Origin: Thermoplasmata archaeon
Lineage (GTDB): Archaea; Thermoplasmatota; Thermoplasmata; Lutacidiplasmatales; UBA184
NCBI GenBank assembly: GCA_030038605.1
Contig: JASHSU010000152.1
Coordinates: forward strand, 285-64,284
Length of the DNA: 64,000 bases
Direction: 5' to 3'
Of this stretch, positions 35,947-43,882 are shown one piece after another (the first letter of the stretch is position 1; every line of letters starts with the position of its first letter). Below the pieces are notes generated by a model that did not search any database, was not told the DNA's origin, and was given only the letters and a program-made list of their open reading frames with translations. A program made the translations under genes and the position numbers.

Positions 35947-36831
35947 GTGCCGGCGCGCCGGGCGACGCAGGTCCGCCTCATTTACGGCGATGCCCGCTCG
36001 ATGCCGACCGTCCCGGACCGGTCGGTCCACCTGGTCGTCACGTCCCCGCCGTACCCTATGATCCCTCAGTGGGACCACCTCTGGAAGGAACTGGGCGCCA
36101 CGGAGTACGCGGGCATGCACGACGTCCTCGAGCTCGCTTGGGCCGAGTGCCGCCGGGTCCTCGTGGACGGGGGCCTCCTGGCGGTCGTCATCGGCGATGC
36201 CCTGCGCTCCGACCGGTCCGGCTTCGCCCTGTGGCCGAACCACGCCGAGACCCTGGTCCGCGTCGCACGACAGGGGCTCCGACCCCTGCCGTACATTCTC
36301 TGGAAAAAGCCGACCAACAAACCGAACGCGTTCCTGGGGAGCGGCTTCCTTCCTCCCAACGCCTACGTCACGCTGGACTGCGAGTACATCCTGCTGTTCC
36401 GGAACGGCCGCCTGCGCCGCTTCCCGCCGCACGACCCGGCCCGGTCGGCCAGCCGGTTCACGCGGGACGAACGCGACCACTGGTTCAGCCAGGTCTGGGA
36501 GGACGTCCGGGGAGCACCCCAGCGGCGCGGCTCAGGCCGGTCGGGCGCCTTTCCGGCGGAGATCCCGCGTCGGCTCATCCGCATGTTCTCGGTGATCGGG
36601 GACACGGTCCTCGACCCGTTCGCCGGCACGGGGACGACCGTGCGGACGGCATGGGAGCTCGGCCGCAGCGCGGTCGGCGTGGAGATCGACCGTGCGGTCT
36701 ACGACGACCTGGTCCGAACGTCGTGGCGACTCGGGCCGTCGCCCGGACGGGCCGACGGCGTCAGGGGTCCGGCGCGACGGTCCGGCGCGGGTCGGTCGCC
36801 GGGGTCGGCGGCCGTTCGGTCCGGTGCGTGA
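35947..36831 (+). CDS. Beta-class DNA methyltransferase, probably N4-cytosine (SPPY motif)
   Basis: Motif IV VVTSPPYPM precedes motif I DPFAGTGTT, the order typical of the beta class. SPPY is typical of N4mC enzymes. A TATA-like GCTATTAACGG lies at ~35918. Confidence 0.7.
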   Translation: MPARRATQVRLIYGDARSMPTVPDRSVHLVVTSPPYPMIPQWDHLWKELGATEYAGMHDVLELAWAECRRVLVDGGLLAVVIGDALRSDRSGFALWPNHAETLVRVARQGLRPLPYILWKKPTNKPNAFLGSGFLPPNAYVTLDCEYILLFRNGRLRRFPPHDPARSASRFTRDERDHWFSQVWEDVRGAPQRRGSGRSGAFPAEIPRRLIRMFSVIGDTVLDPFAGTGTTVRTAWELGRSAVGVEIDRAVYDDLVRTSWRLGPSPGRADGVRGPARRSGAGRSPGSAAVRSGA

Positions 36832-37270
36832 GCTCCTCGTCGATCGCGGTCCGAAGGTACCGGAGGGCCGAGTCGCCGAGCCGGTCCATGTGCAGGAGGA
36901 GATAGTGGAGGTAGATCCGTTCCGGACGGTGGAGCGGACTCATCGAGGGTACCGCCGTGGGCGTCGCGTGCCGCGCGAGGGTCTCCTGATGGTGCTCGTA
37001 CCGCCGCCCGTGGACCTCGCGACCCGTCGGGCCGACCAGGGGCGGAGAGAATCGGTCGACCGGGTCGTACGGAGGGTCGGTCGCGGTGCCCGCGGTCGGG
37101 CGAGGCCCGGGGGATCGCGGCGCGAGGCGCCCGGCGAGGTACGGGTGGACGGGCTTCTCCGGATCCTGGAGGTCCTCGACCGGCCGGCCGGCGACGTCCT
37201 CCACGATCGTCTTGAGGCTCCAGCTCGTGCGCCGACGAGCGGGCCCTTCGGCCGTTGCTTCCGCGGCCAC
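36761..37270 (-). CDS. Possible small protein downstream of the ATPase (doubtful)
   Basis: An ORF 25 nt downstream of the ATPase stop. The sequence is partly Pro/Arg/Thr-rich, and its C-terminal 60 aa (MSPLHRPERIYLHYLLLHMDRLGDSALRYLRTAIDEELTH...) overlaps the 3' end of the MTase on the opposite strand. Confidence 0.2.
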   Translation of the reverse strand: MAAEATAEGPARRRTSWSLKTIVEDVAGRPVEDLQDPEKPVHPYLAGRLAPRSPGPRPTAGTATDPPYDPVDRFSPPLVGPTGREVHGRRYEHHQETLARHATPTAVPSMSPLHRPERIYLHYLLLHMDRLGDSALRYLRTAIDEELTHRTERPPTPATDPRRTVAPDP

Positions 37271-37294
37271 GCCGGGACCCCGGCGGACCGGGCC

Positions 37295-38962
37295 TCATAA
37301 ACCATCCTCTGGACCCGAACCGGCCGGACGGACCGCCAGAGCGCTGCTCAGAAACTCGTACTCCGGCGTGGATGCCACGAGAGCCAGCGGGAGGTGGAGT
37401 TCCCCGACCCGCCACAGCGACTCCGAGTACCCGACCGCTCGCGGCAATCTCGCCCGAGGCAGCCAGGCCGCTTCGGCGGCCGTGAGGCCGAAGAAGGTCC
37501 GCGCTGCCTCGGAGACCTCGCCCAGATGGAGAAACCCGGTGGCGTACAGATTCCGAAGGGTGGACCGACCGCTGGGCGTGGTCAGGAAGTCGTCCGGGTT
37601 CTGGCTGAGCAGGAGAAGGCCGGCGCGGAAATGGCGGATGTGGCGGACCGTCCGGTCCAGAAACTCCGCGGCCGCGGGGTGGCGCGCCAGAAGGTGGGCT
37701 TCGTCCAGCAGGACCAGGGTCGGTCCTCCGTGGTCCCGAATTCTCCCGTACACCCAGTCGAGCAAGTACGTGAGGTGGAACCCCAGGTGCTCGTCCGGGA
37801 CGCCCGACAGGTCGAAACAGAGCGGGCTCGCGTCGGTCCGCACCGTCGTCGGGCCGTTCGCCCCCGCCAACGAGCCCGACCGGAACACGTCGAGCAGCAC
37901 CCGCAATCGGTCGGACGACCCCCCACCCGGTGGGAGGGCCGCCATCAGGTCGTCGAACGTCGGGACGGCGGGCCCGTCCTCGTACAGGCGCCGAACGGCC
38001 GCATCGAGGACCGCCCCCTCCTCGTCCCGGAGGGAGGGGTAGAGGGCCCGCAACGCCGTCACGACCCGGGCCGACTTCTCGACGCGGTCGCCGGAGGTGG
38101 TCACCGGGTCGAGGGGGTTGACCCGACCCGCGGTGGGATCGGCCAACCGGAGGACCCGTCCCCCCATCCGCTCGACGAGGGAACCGAACTCCCCCAACGG
38201 GTCGAGGACGACGAGGTCGAGGTCCGGCGTCGTCCACCGGGTACGGAGGGCGAACAGGGCCGCGGCGAACGATTTTCCGGAGCCCGTGGTGCCGAACAGC
38301 CCCCAGGAATGGCTGGCGTGGTCCCATCGGTTCAGGAACACAGGGCTCGCGTCGGCCAGGGCGAGGCCGATCAAGATCCCGTTCGGTTCCAGCAGGGACT
38401 CGTCGCCGAACGGAAAGAAGGCGGCCACGGCGTCGGTGGGTAGGGTGTGCCAGAAGCTTCGAGGCCGAGATTCGGATCCGTCGAACTCCGGAGGCCGAAC
38501 GGCGTCCGACACCTCGTACGTCGGGACCCGAGGACGGAAACCGAGGGACGTGAGTCGGTCCGCGAGCCGCGAGCGGGCGCGGGCCACGCGAGCCCGTCCG
38601 GCGGTGCGCGCCTCGAACACGATGCCGACCCTCCACAACTCCTGGACCCTTCGCGCGACGGCCCGGGCGAGGTCGTGTGCCGACTCCTGCTCCGCTTCCA
38701 GTCGGGACGTCTCCGCGCCGGGCGCGGGCGCGGTCATCTCGGCCGCCGCCACCGTCCGGGCTCGCTCGAGCAACTCAACGGCCCGGTCGGTCGGCACCGG
38801 AAGGAGCTGCAGCACGAGTTCCACGGGCTCGGTCGTCGGGAGGACCTTCTCCAGGAATCCGAACGCGACCTCCGACGGGAGTCGTTCGACCAGCAACGGG
38901 GCCCGGCACCCCGCACCGCGGACTTGGAGGGTCGGTTCGACCCGGATCTCTCGGTCGGTCAC
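37295..38962 (-). CDS. VirB4/TrbE-like (HerA-FtsK superfamily, CedB/TedB-like) DNA-transfer ATPase
   Basis: GTG start at 38962 preceded by GGAGGAGAGGA. Walker A FGTTGSGKS, Walker B LVLLDEAHLL and an SQNPDD sensor-like motif. About 555 aa. Confidence 0.65.
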   Translation of the reverse strand: MTDREIRVEPTLQVRGAGCRAPLLVERLPSEVAFGFLEKVLPTTEPVELVLQLLPVPTDRAVELLERARTVAAAEMTAPAPGAETSRLEAEQESAHDLARAVARRVQELWRVGIVFEARTAGRARVARARSRLADRLTSLGFRPRVPTYEVSDAVRPPEFDGSESRPRSFWHTLPTDAVAAFFPFGDESLLEPNGILIGLALADASPVFLNRWDHASHSWGLFGTTGSGKSFAAALFALRTRWTTPDLDLVVLDPLGEFGSLVERMGGRVLRLADPTAGRVNPLDPVTTSGDRVEKSARVVTALRALYPSLRDEEGAVLDAAVRRLYEDGPAVPTFDDLMAALPPGGGSSDRLRVLLDVFRSGSLAGANGPTTVRTDASPLCFDLSGVPDEHLGFHLTYLLDWVYGRIRDHGGPTLVLLDEAHLLARHPAAAEFLDRTVRHIRHFRAGLLLLSQNPDDFLTTPSGRSTLRNLYATGFLHLGEVSEAARTFFGLTAAEAAWLPRARLPRAVGYSESLWRVGELHLPLALVASTPEYEFLSSALAVRPAGSGPEDGL

Positions 38963-39306
38963 TCCTCTCCTCCACGGGCCCCGCCCCTCTCCGCGAAGGC
39001 GAGGGGCAAAGTGCAGGCCCCCAGGATGGCTCCTCTCCAGACGTCGATCGGCGCGGCCCGAGCGAAGAAGACCACTGCCCCCAACGCGAGAGCGCCGAGG
39101 GCACCGACCGCCGACCGGGTCATCCTGGCCGTGGCTCCACCGTGTCGGGAACGGGCGGCCAGCCAACCCACCAAGGCCAGGACGGCGAGCGTCGCGGTCA
39201 GATCGGCGAGCGCCGGGTCGAGGACGGAGAGGAGGCCGCTCAGAAAGCCCCCTCCGGACGTCCACCGCAGGACGCTGAACCCCCCGAAGAGCTCGCCCGC
39301 GGTCAT
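38959..39306 (-). CDS. Small 3-TM membrane protein (VirB3-like candidate)
   Basis: 115 aa with three hydrophobic helices. ATG at 39306. Start and stop overlap both neighbours. Confidence 0.45.
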   Translation of the reverse strand: MTAGELFGGFSVLRWTSGGGFLSGLLSVLDPALADLTATLAVLALVGWLAARSRHGGATARMTRSAVGALGALALGAVVFFARAAPIDVWRGAILGACTLPLAFAERGGARGGEE

Positions 39307-40082
39307 GGATCCGGCGGGGTGAGGTTCCAGCCCGCGGCGGAGACGGCGGCCCCGAGCGCCCGCCCCTCGAGCACGGTAGGGCCCACGGCCAGGGTCGCCA
39401 AGCCGTCCGCGAGGGCCCTCGCCCGCTCGCGGACCCGTCGCCCGCCCTCGGCGGTCGCGTTCTCCGAGAGGAGGAAAAGGTCGACGCGCCGAGCCCGTCG
39501 CCGGAGGCACAACACCCGCACCAGCTCCGTGTACCCCGCCCGGGCCGGCGCGAGCGACGGCGCGCCGTCGGCCGTGCGGGGGAGCATCGGCGCCGCGTCG
39601 ACGGGCACGGAGTAGGCCCGGAGGACCAGTGCTCCGGACACGCCCCGAAGCACGTCACGGAACCGGTCGAAGAGGCCGGCCAGGTCGTCGGGCGGCCGAT
39701 AGGCGAGCGGCACCCCGTCGGTGCGTACGGCCGCCAGATAGCGACCGTCGCTCCGACGGGCGATCGGCCCTTGAACCCGCGGCACCGCGCGGGGGCTCAC
39801 GCCGACCCCCGGCCGAAGGCGGATCCACCGAAACCGTACCCAGCGCACCATCCGTTCGTCCGCGCTCTCTCCGTCCACTCGGCCGACCGCGACGGCGAAG
39901 CCCACGATCGGAAAGGGAAGCCAGAATCCCAGCGGCAGCCACGTCGCGAGTACGGCACCCGCGGCCGCCCAGCAGAGGAACTTGAGCGCGTCCCGCACGC
40001 TGGGGAAGGGCCCGAGTCGCATCCGTCGGTCGACGCGCTCCGGCAGGTAGACCACCGGGGCGCCTTCGGCGGGATCCGGCAT
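39303..40082 (-). CDS. Membrane-anchored protein (N-terminal TM hairpin plus ~190-aa soluble domain)
   Basis: TM segments FLCWAAAGAVLATWLPLGFWLPFPIVGFAVAV. The stop overlaps the downstream start. Confidence 0.45.
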   Translation of the reverse strand: MPDPAEGAPVVYLPERVDRRMRLGPFPSVRDALKFLCWAAAGAVLATWLPLGFWLPFPIVGFAVAVGRVDGESADERMVRWVRFRWIRLRPGVGVSPRAVPRVQGPIARRSDGRYLAAVRTDGVPLAYRPPDDLAGLFDRFRDVLRGVSGALVLRAYSVPVDAAPMLPRTADGAPSLAPARAGYTELVRVLCLRRRARRVDLFLLSENATAEGGRRVRERARALADGLATLAVGPTVLEGRALGAAVSAAGWNLTPPDP

Positions 40083-40083
40083 C

Positions 40084-41214
40084 TCACCGGCCGACTCCGG
40101 ACCTCATCGGGGGGAAATCGGACGTGCGGGGGCCCCCGGCGGAGCGAACATGTCGAACCAGATGCGTCGCGGCGTGCCCGAGAGCCGTCCCGATCGCGAG
40201 CGGGGCCGACACGGGAACCGCCGACGAACCCGCCGCTCGGACGGTGGCGGCGACCGACGGCCCTGCTCCACCTCGGGTGGGCAAGGCGGAGGTCGGCCCA
40301 CTGGCGACCGAGGCGGCCGCCGACGAGGGAGCCGACAGGCCGCGTTGAACGCCGGCGGACGCGATGCCGCCCCCGGACGGGAACCCGAAGGCGGCCAGAT
40401 GGGTACCGGCAACGGAGATGAGATACGGCGAGGCGAGGGCGGCTCCGAGGTATCCGAGCAGCAACACCGGGCTGGTCGTATCCACGGCCAGCTGCAGGGG
40501 AACGACCATGACGCAGGGCATGAACGCCAGTTCCCCGAACAGGAGCCAGGCCCGTCGGGGGATGGTCGAAAGGGGCTGCAGAGGCCACAGCAGCGAGAAC
40601 AAGGGAAGCAGGACCAGGAGGACCGAGAGCAGGGCGTCCCGCACTCCGACCGCGAGGATCAGCCCGATGACCGCGAGAAACTCGGCGACCGAGAGGACCA
40701 GAGCCAAGGCCCCGTTATCCCAGGAGAACGACAGCTCGCCCCAGCCGGCGAGGTTCGACCAGTGTTGCCAGGCCCCTCCGTTCCACCCGGACAGCACCGG
40801 GTAGAGTGAGCCCGCCACGTCCAGGAGCCCGGTTGAAATCGGGACGGTGAAATTCGCGACCAGCACCGCCACCACCAGTCGGGGAAGAAGGGCATCCAGC
40901 CGTGCGCCCCACCGTTCGACCGTGGCCCGAACGAGGTAGAGCAGCCCGACCCCCGCGGCGACGAGCGCGATGACGGGGTCCACCGCGCTCGTAACCACGT
41001 CGGTCGAGAACTGGGTCGCGGTGGACAGGAAGTCACCGTTCGACTCCAGACCCGCCCGAACCGGAGGAAAGAGGGCGGACGGCTGGAGGAGCGGCACGAG
41101 CAGATTGTCGTACGTGGGCCCGGTGACCGCCGCGACGATCGCCGTGAACACCGAAAACAGCGCGAAGAGGATCGCCTGGACGATGGCCGACCAATCGATG
41201 GAGAGGGCGAACAA
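40084..41214 (-). CDS. Polytopic membrane protein (>=6 TM) with Ser/Ala/Gly-rich C-terminal tail. Candidate VirB6/TrbL/CedA-like channel component.
   Basis: Hydropathy read manually. It lies 10 nt after the pilin-like gene. Confidence 0.45.
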   Translation of the reverse strand: MFALSIDWSAIVQAILFALFSVFTAIVAAVTGPTYDNLLVPLLQPSALFPPVRAGLESNGDFLSTATQFSTDVVTSAVDPVIALVAAGVGLLYLVRATVERWGARLDALLPRLVVAVLVANFTVPISTGLLDVAGSLYPVLSGWNGGAWQHWSNLAGWGELSFSWDNGALALVLSVAEFLAVIGLILAVGVRDALLSVLLVLLPLFSLLWPLQPLSTIPRRAWLLFGELAFMPCVMVVPLQLAVDTTSPVLLLGYLGAALASPYLISVAGTHLAAFGFPSGGGIASAGVQRGLSAPSSAAASVASGPTSALPTRGGAGPSVAATVRAAGSSAVPVSAPLAIGTALGHAATHLVRHVRSAGGPRTSDFPPMRSGVGR

Positions 41215-41224
41215 CGACCCCTCC

Positions 41225-41617
41225 TCACGTCCCCGTCAACACCCAGTGCGCGAGACCCCAGAACAGCCCGGTGATCGCGGCGACGAACAGCAGGGTCCCG
41301 ATGAGAGCATCCCGCGCCCGGTCCTTGGCCTGGACCTTCTTGGTGATGTCGTTGGAGAACCAGCTGAGGGCGACGCGGGCCCAGACGAGGGACAGCAGCC
41401 CCGAGCCGGCCAGTCCGAGCAGCTCGACCAGGCGATTCACGGAGGCCGTGAAGTTGTCCACGGCCGGTGACTGCGCCACCCTGCCCCCCTCGAACTCCAC
41501 CGGGGCGACTCCGGTGGCAGAGGCCGGCGGGACCGCGGGGGGATGGACCGAGGAGATCGACCCGGCCGTCGCGATGGCGACGACCAGGAGGCAGCCGAGC
41601 CAGAGTCCGACGTTCAT
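41225..41617 (-). CDS. VirB2/TrbC-like pilin candidate (signal peptide plus two hydrophobic helices)
   Basis: MNVGLWLGCLLVVAIATAGSISS signal peptide, then helix 1 (LVELLGLAGSGLLSLVWARVALSWF), a charged loop (SNDITKKVQAKDRARD), then helix 2 (ALIGTLLFVAAITGLFWGLAHWVL). ATG at 41617 overlaps the upstream stop (ATGA). Confidence 0.45.
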   Translation of the reverse strand: MNVGLWLGCLLVVAIATAGSISSVHPPAVPPASATGVAPVEFEGGRVAQSPAVDNFTASVNRLVELLGLAGSGLLSLVWARVALSWFSNDITKKVQAKDRARDALIGTLLFVAAITGLFWGLAHWVLTGT

Positions 41618-43800
41618 TCGAGCTCCCACGCCAGGATTTCGCCGCCGTCTGGTTCTCGCTCGGATCGTACGCGCCCTTCCGCGATCAGGCGGTCGAGCGT
41701 CTGCCGCGCCCGCTCGAGCGGCACACCGCGCTCCTCCGCCAGCAGCTCGACGGTCACCCGGTCCGCACCGTCCGCCGGGCGCAGGAGGTCCTCGAGCACT
41801 CGCTCCGCGTCGGGTCCCGGTGCGGGCACGGAAGGCGCGCGTCGCCGACGTAAGATCCAGACGGAACCGGCCGCGACCGCGACCAGCGCGGCCACGAGGG
41901 CCGCCAACCCCAGCGCGTCGGCCGAGGGAGCGCTCGGCGGCGGAGGACCCGGTGGCGAAGGCGCCGCGGCCGGGAGGTCGAGCGTAAGGTTGGCCTGGGC
42001 GTCCACTCCTCGCGCGTCGCGCAGCGCCACGGCGAGCGTCAGGTTTCCTGATCCGGTCACCCTCGCGGACGCGGCGGTGGCCCCTGCGCCGAAGCGCGCG
42101 CTCCACTCCGTGGCGTTGGAGACGTTGACCCAGCCCTGGTAGGGAGGTACCCCTCCGGTCGGGTCGAGGGTGAAGTTCACCCACGAAGGGCTCGCCCCGG
42201 CCACGCTGACATTCGAGATACGAACGGTCGGGGCCGCGGGAAGAGCCACGGACTCCGTGACGTCGGTCCAGGCACCGGCGTCGTCGAAAACGCCGAGCGT
42301 GACATTGACGACCCCTTCCTCGCTGCGCGACGCACTCCAGGACCAGGACGTGACCCCCGTTAGAGCCGTCATCGACGACGAGTTGGCGAAGCCCACGCCG
42401 GGACTGAGTGTCCACAGGTACGGTGCCGATCCACCCGAGACGGAACCCCGGAGGCCCACGCCGGACGATGCAGCGCCGATCCACACGGAGGCCTGAGCCT
42501 CCAGTGCCAGCTTCGGGGCCACGGCCAAAGTAAGGTTGGCCGCCCGCGCCTCCACGCCGAGGCCATCGGTCACCGAACCGGTCCAGACCGCGAGACCGTT
42601 CGCCGACGGAGTCCATGGGAGGAGGAGATCCCCGTCGACCGGTTCGGGACCGAGGATGCGCCCTACGCCGTCCGGTCCAGTCAGCGTAATCCAGAAGGGG
42701 GCAACCCCCCCGGTCACGGTCACACGCAGGACCGATGCGACCCCGACGTCCGTGACCGGTGGGGTCGCCCGGAGTCCCAATGCGAGCGCACCCGCCACCG
42801 GCTCCAGGTACGTCGATCGAAAGGTCTGGGAGGCCACTAGGCCCTCGACGACGACCGACACGGGGAACGGTCCCGAGAGACTCGGCGTGCAGACAACGTC
42901 CGAGACGTTGCCCGAGCCACCCGAGTCGACCGACGAGCCGCACGCGACGATGTGGTGGGAGGGGCCCACGGGGTGGACGACGGTCGTCGCAAAGCTCACC
43001 GGCTGACCGGCCTCGGCCTCCGGTACCGAGGCAGCGATCCAGGCTGTGGTACCGTTGGAGACCGCCACCGGCTCGGGGGCGACCGCCTCCGTCGTCGCAC
43101 CCTGCTGGTCCGTGACCTGAACCGAGGGGATGTACACTCCGGCCCCGTAGGTGTGGAGGAACCGGACCGTACCCGGCGCGCCTACCGTCTGCTCACCAAA
43201 GGTTCCGTCGCCCCAACTCACATTGAGTTCATACGGGGCCAGACCGCCCTCGAGGGTGGTCGTCAACGTAACCCAGTCCGAAACGACCTGCGACCCCGGG
43301 CGGACGGAGAGGTTGGTCAGCGTGAGGGGTGCGTAGTCGGTCCCGCGGGCGAGCGCGATCTGGTCTTCCGTAGTGTTCCCGGAGGAACAATCGATGGCGA
43401 CCGCCGCACGGGCGCCCACTTCGTACGGCCCCGACTCGAGCGGGGAGAGTGCCACCGTCGTCGACGACGCATTCGGGTCGTCGAAAGTGCCGGCGACCGA
43501 GCTGTTCGCGGGCCAGAACCAACGCGTCCACACGGGGTCGAGCGTGCAATTGGCCGGCGCCGAGCCCCAGCGGGCACTCGCCGTGACGGTCATCGCGCTC
43601 ACGTTCGCCCCAGTCAGGTCGACGGAGAGGGCGACGGGGACACCCGTCGAGCTCGAACCGGAGAACTGCGGGACGGCGGACAGTGGGTGGCTGGGGGCCG
43701 TCGGAGAAACGGACGGTAGAACACTCAGCAGGGCCAAGAACCCCACCAGCCACCAAGCACGTCGGACGTACTCTCCCTCCGGGCCTCGGATCGTCGTCAT
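41614..43800 (-). CDS. Secreted PKD/Ig-like-repeat surface protein with C-terminal TM anchor and a cytoplasmic helix-turn-helix-like tail
   Basis: Signal peptide starts at the internal ATG at 43800 (MTTIRGPEGEYVRRAWWLVGFLALLSVLPSVS). PKD hallmark VSWGDGTFGE and many N-x-S/T sequons. TM anchor LGLAALVAALVAVAAGSVWIL. A cytoplasmic ~60-aa tail (ERVLEDLL...RARQTLDRLIAEGRV) follows. Confidence 0.55.
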   Translation of the reverse strand: MTTIRGPEGEYVRRAWWLVGFLALLSVLPSVSPTAPSHPLSAVPQFSGSSSTGVPVALSVDLTGANVSAMTVTASARWGSAPANCTLDPVWTRWFWPANSSVAGTFDDPNASSTTVALSPLESGPYEVGARAAVAIDCSSGNTTEDQIALARGTDYAPLTLTNLSVRPGSQVVSDWVTLTTTLEGGLAPYELNVSWGDGTFGEQTVGAPGTVRFLHTYGAGVYIPSVQVTDQQGATTEAVAPEPVAVSNGTTAWIAASVPEAEAGQPVSFATTVVHPVGPSHHIVACGSSVDSGGSGNVSDVVCTPSLSGPFPVSVVVEGLVASQTFRSTYLEPVAGALALGLRATPPVTDVGVASVLRVTVTGGVAPFWITLTGPDGVGRILGPEPVDGDLLLPWTPSANGLAVWTGSVTDGLGVEARAANLTLAVAPKLALEAQASVWIGAASSGVGLRGSVSGGSAPYLWTLSPGVGFANSSSMTALTGVTSWSWSASRSEEGVVNVTLGVFDDAGAWTDVTESVALPAAPTVRISNVSVAGASPSWVNFTLDPTGGVPPYQGWVNVSNATEWSARFGAGATAASARVTGSGNLTLAVALRDARGVDAQANLTLDLPAAAPSPPGPPPPSAPSADALGLAALVAALVAVAAGSVWILRRRRAPSVPAPGPDAERVLEDLLRPADGADRVTVELLAEERGVPLERARQTLDRLIAEGRVRSEREPDGGEILAWELE

Positions 43801-43882
43801 GACCCCCTGGAGCGCGACGACGTCCGGGCTTTCTGCCCGGCAAATCCCACTGGTCGCTGAACGATGGGGGCCGGAGTGCGCC

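Noticed and set aside
34479-36905. 808-aa ORF 34479..36905(+) and 433-aa ORF 35179..36480(-)
   Set aside because: They overlap the HPS/RraA fusion and the MTase. No motifs, R/P/G-rich.
36699-39658. 645-aa ORF 36699..38636(-) and the N-terminal 230 codons of ORF 37295..39658(-)
   Set aside because: The ATPase is better explained as starting at the SD-preceded GTG at 38962. The upstream extension is Cys/Arg/Pro-rich junk and overlaps the real 115-aa and 259-aa membrane-protein genes in other frames.
41225-42943. 572-aa ORF 41225..42943(-)
   Set aside because: Only the C-terminal 130 codons (the pilin-like gene) look protein-like. The upstream part overlaps the PKD surface-protein gene in another frame.
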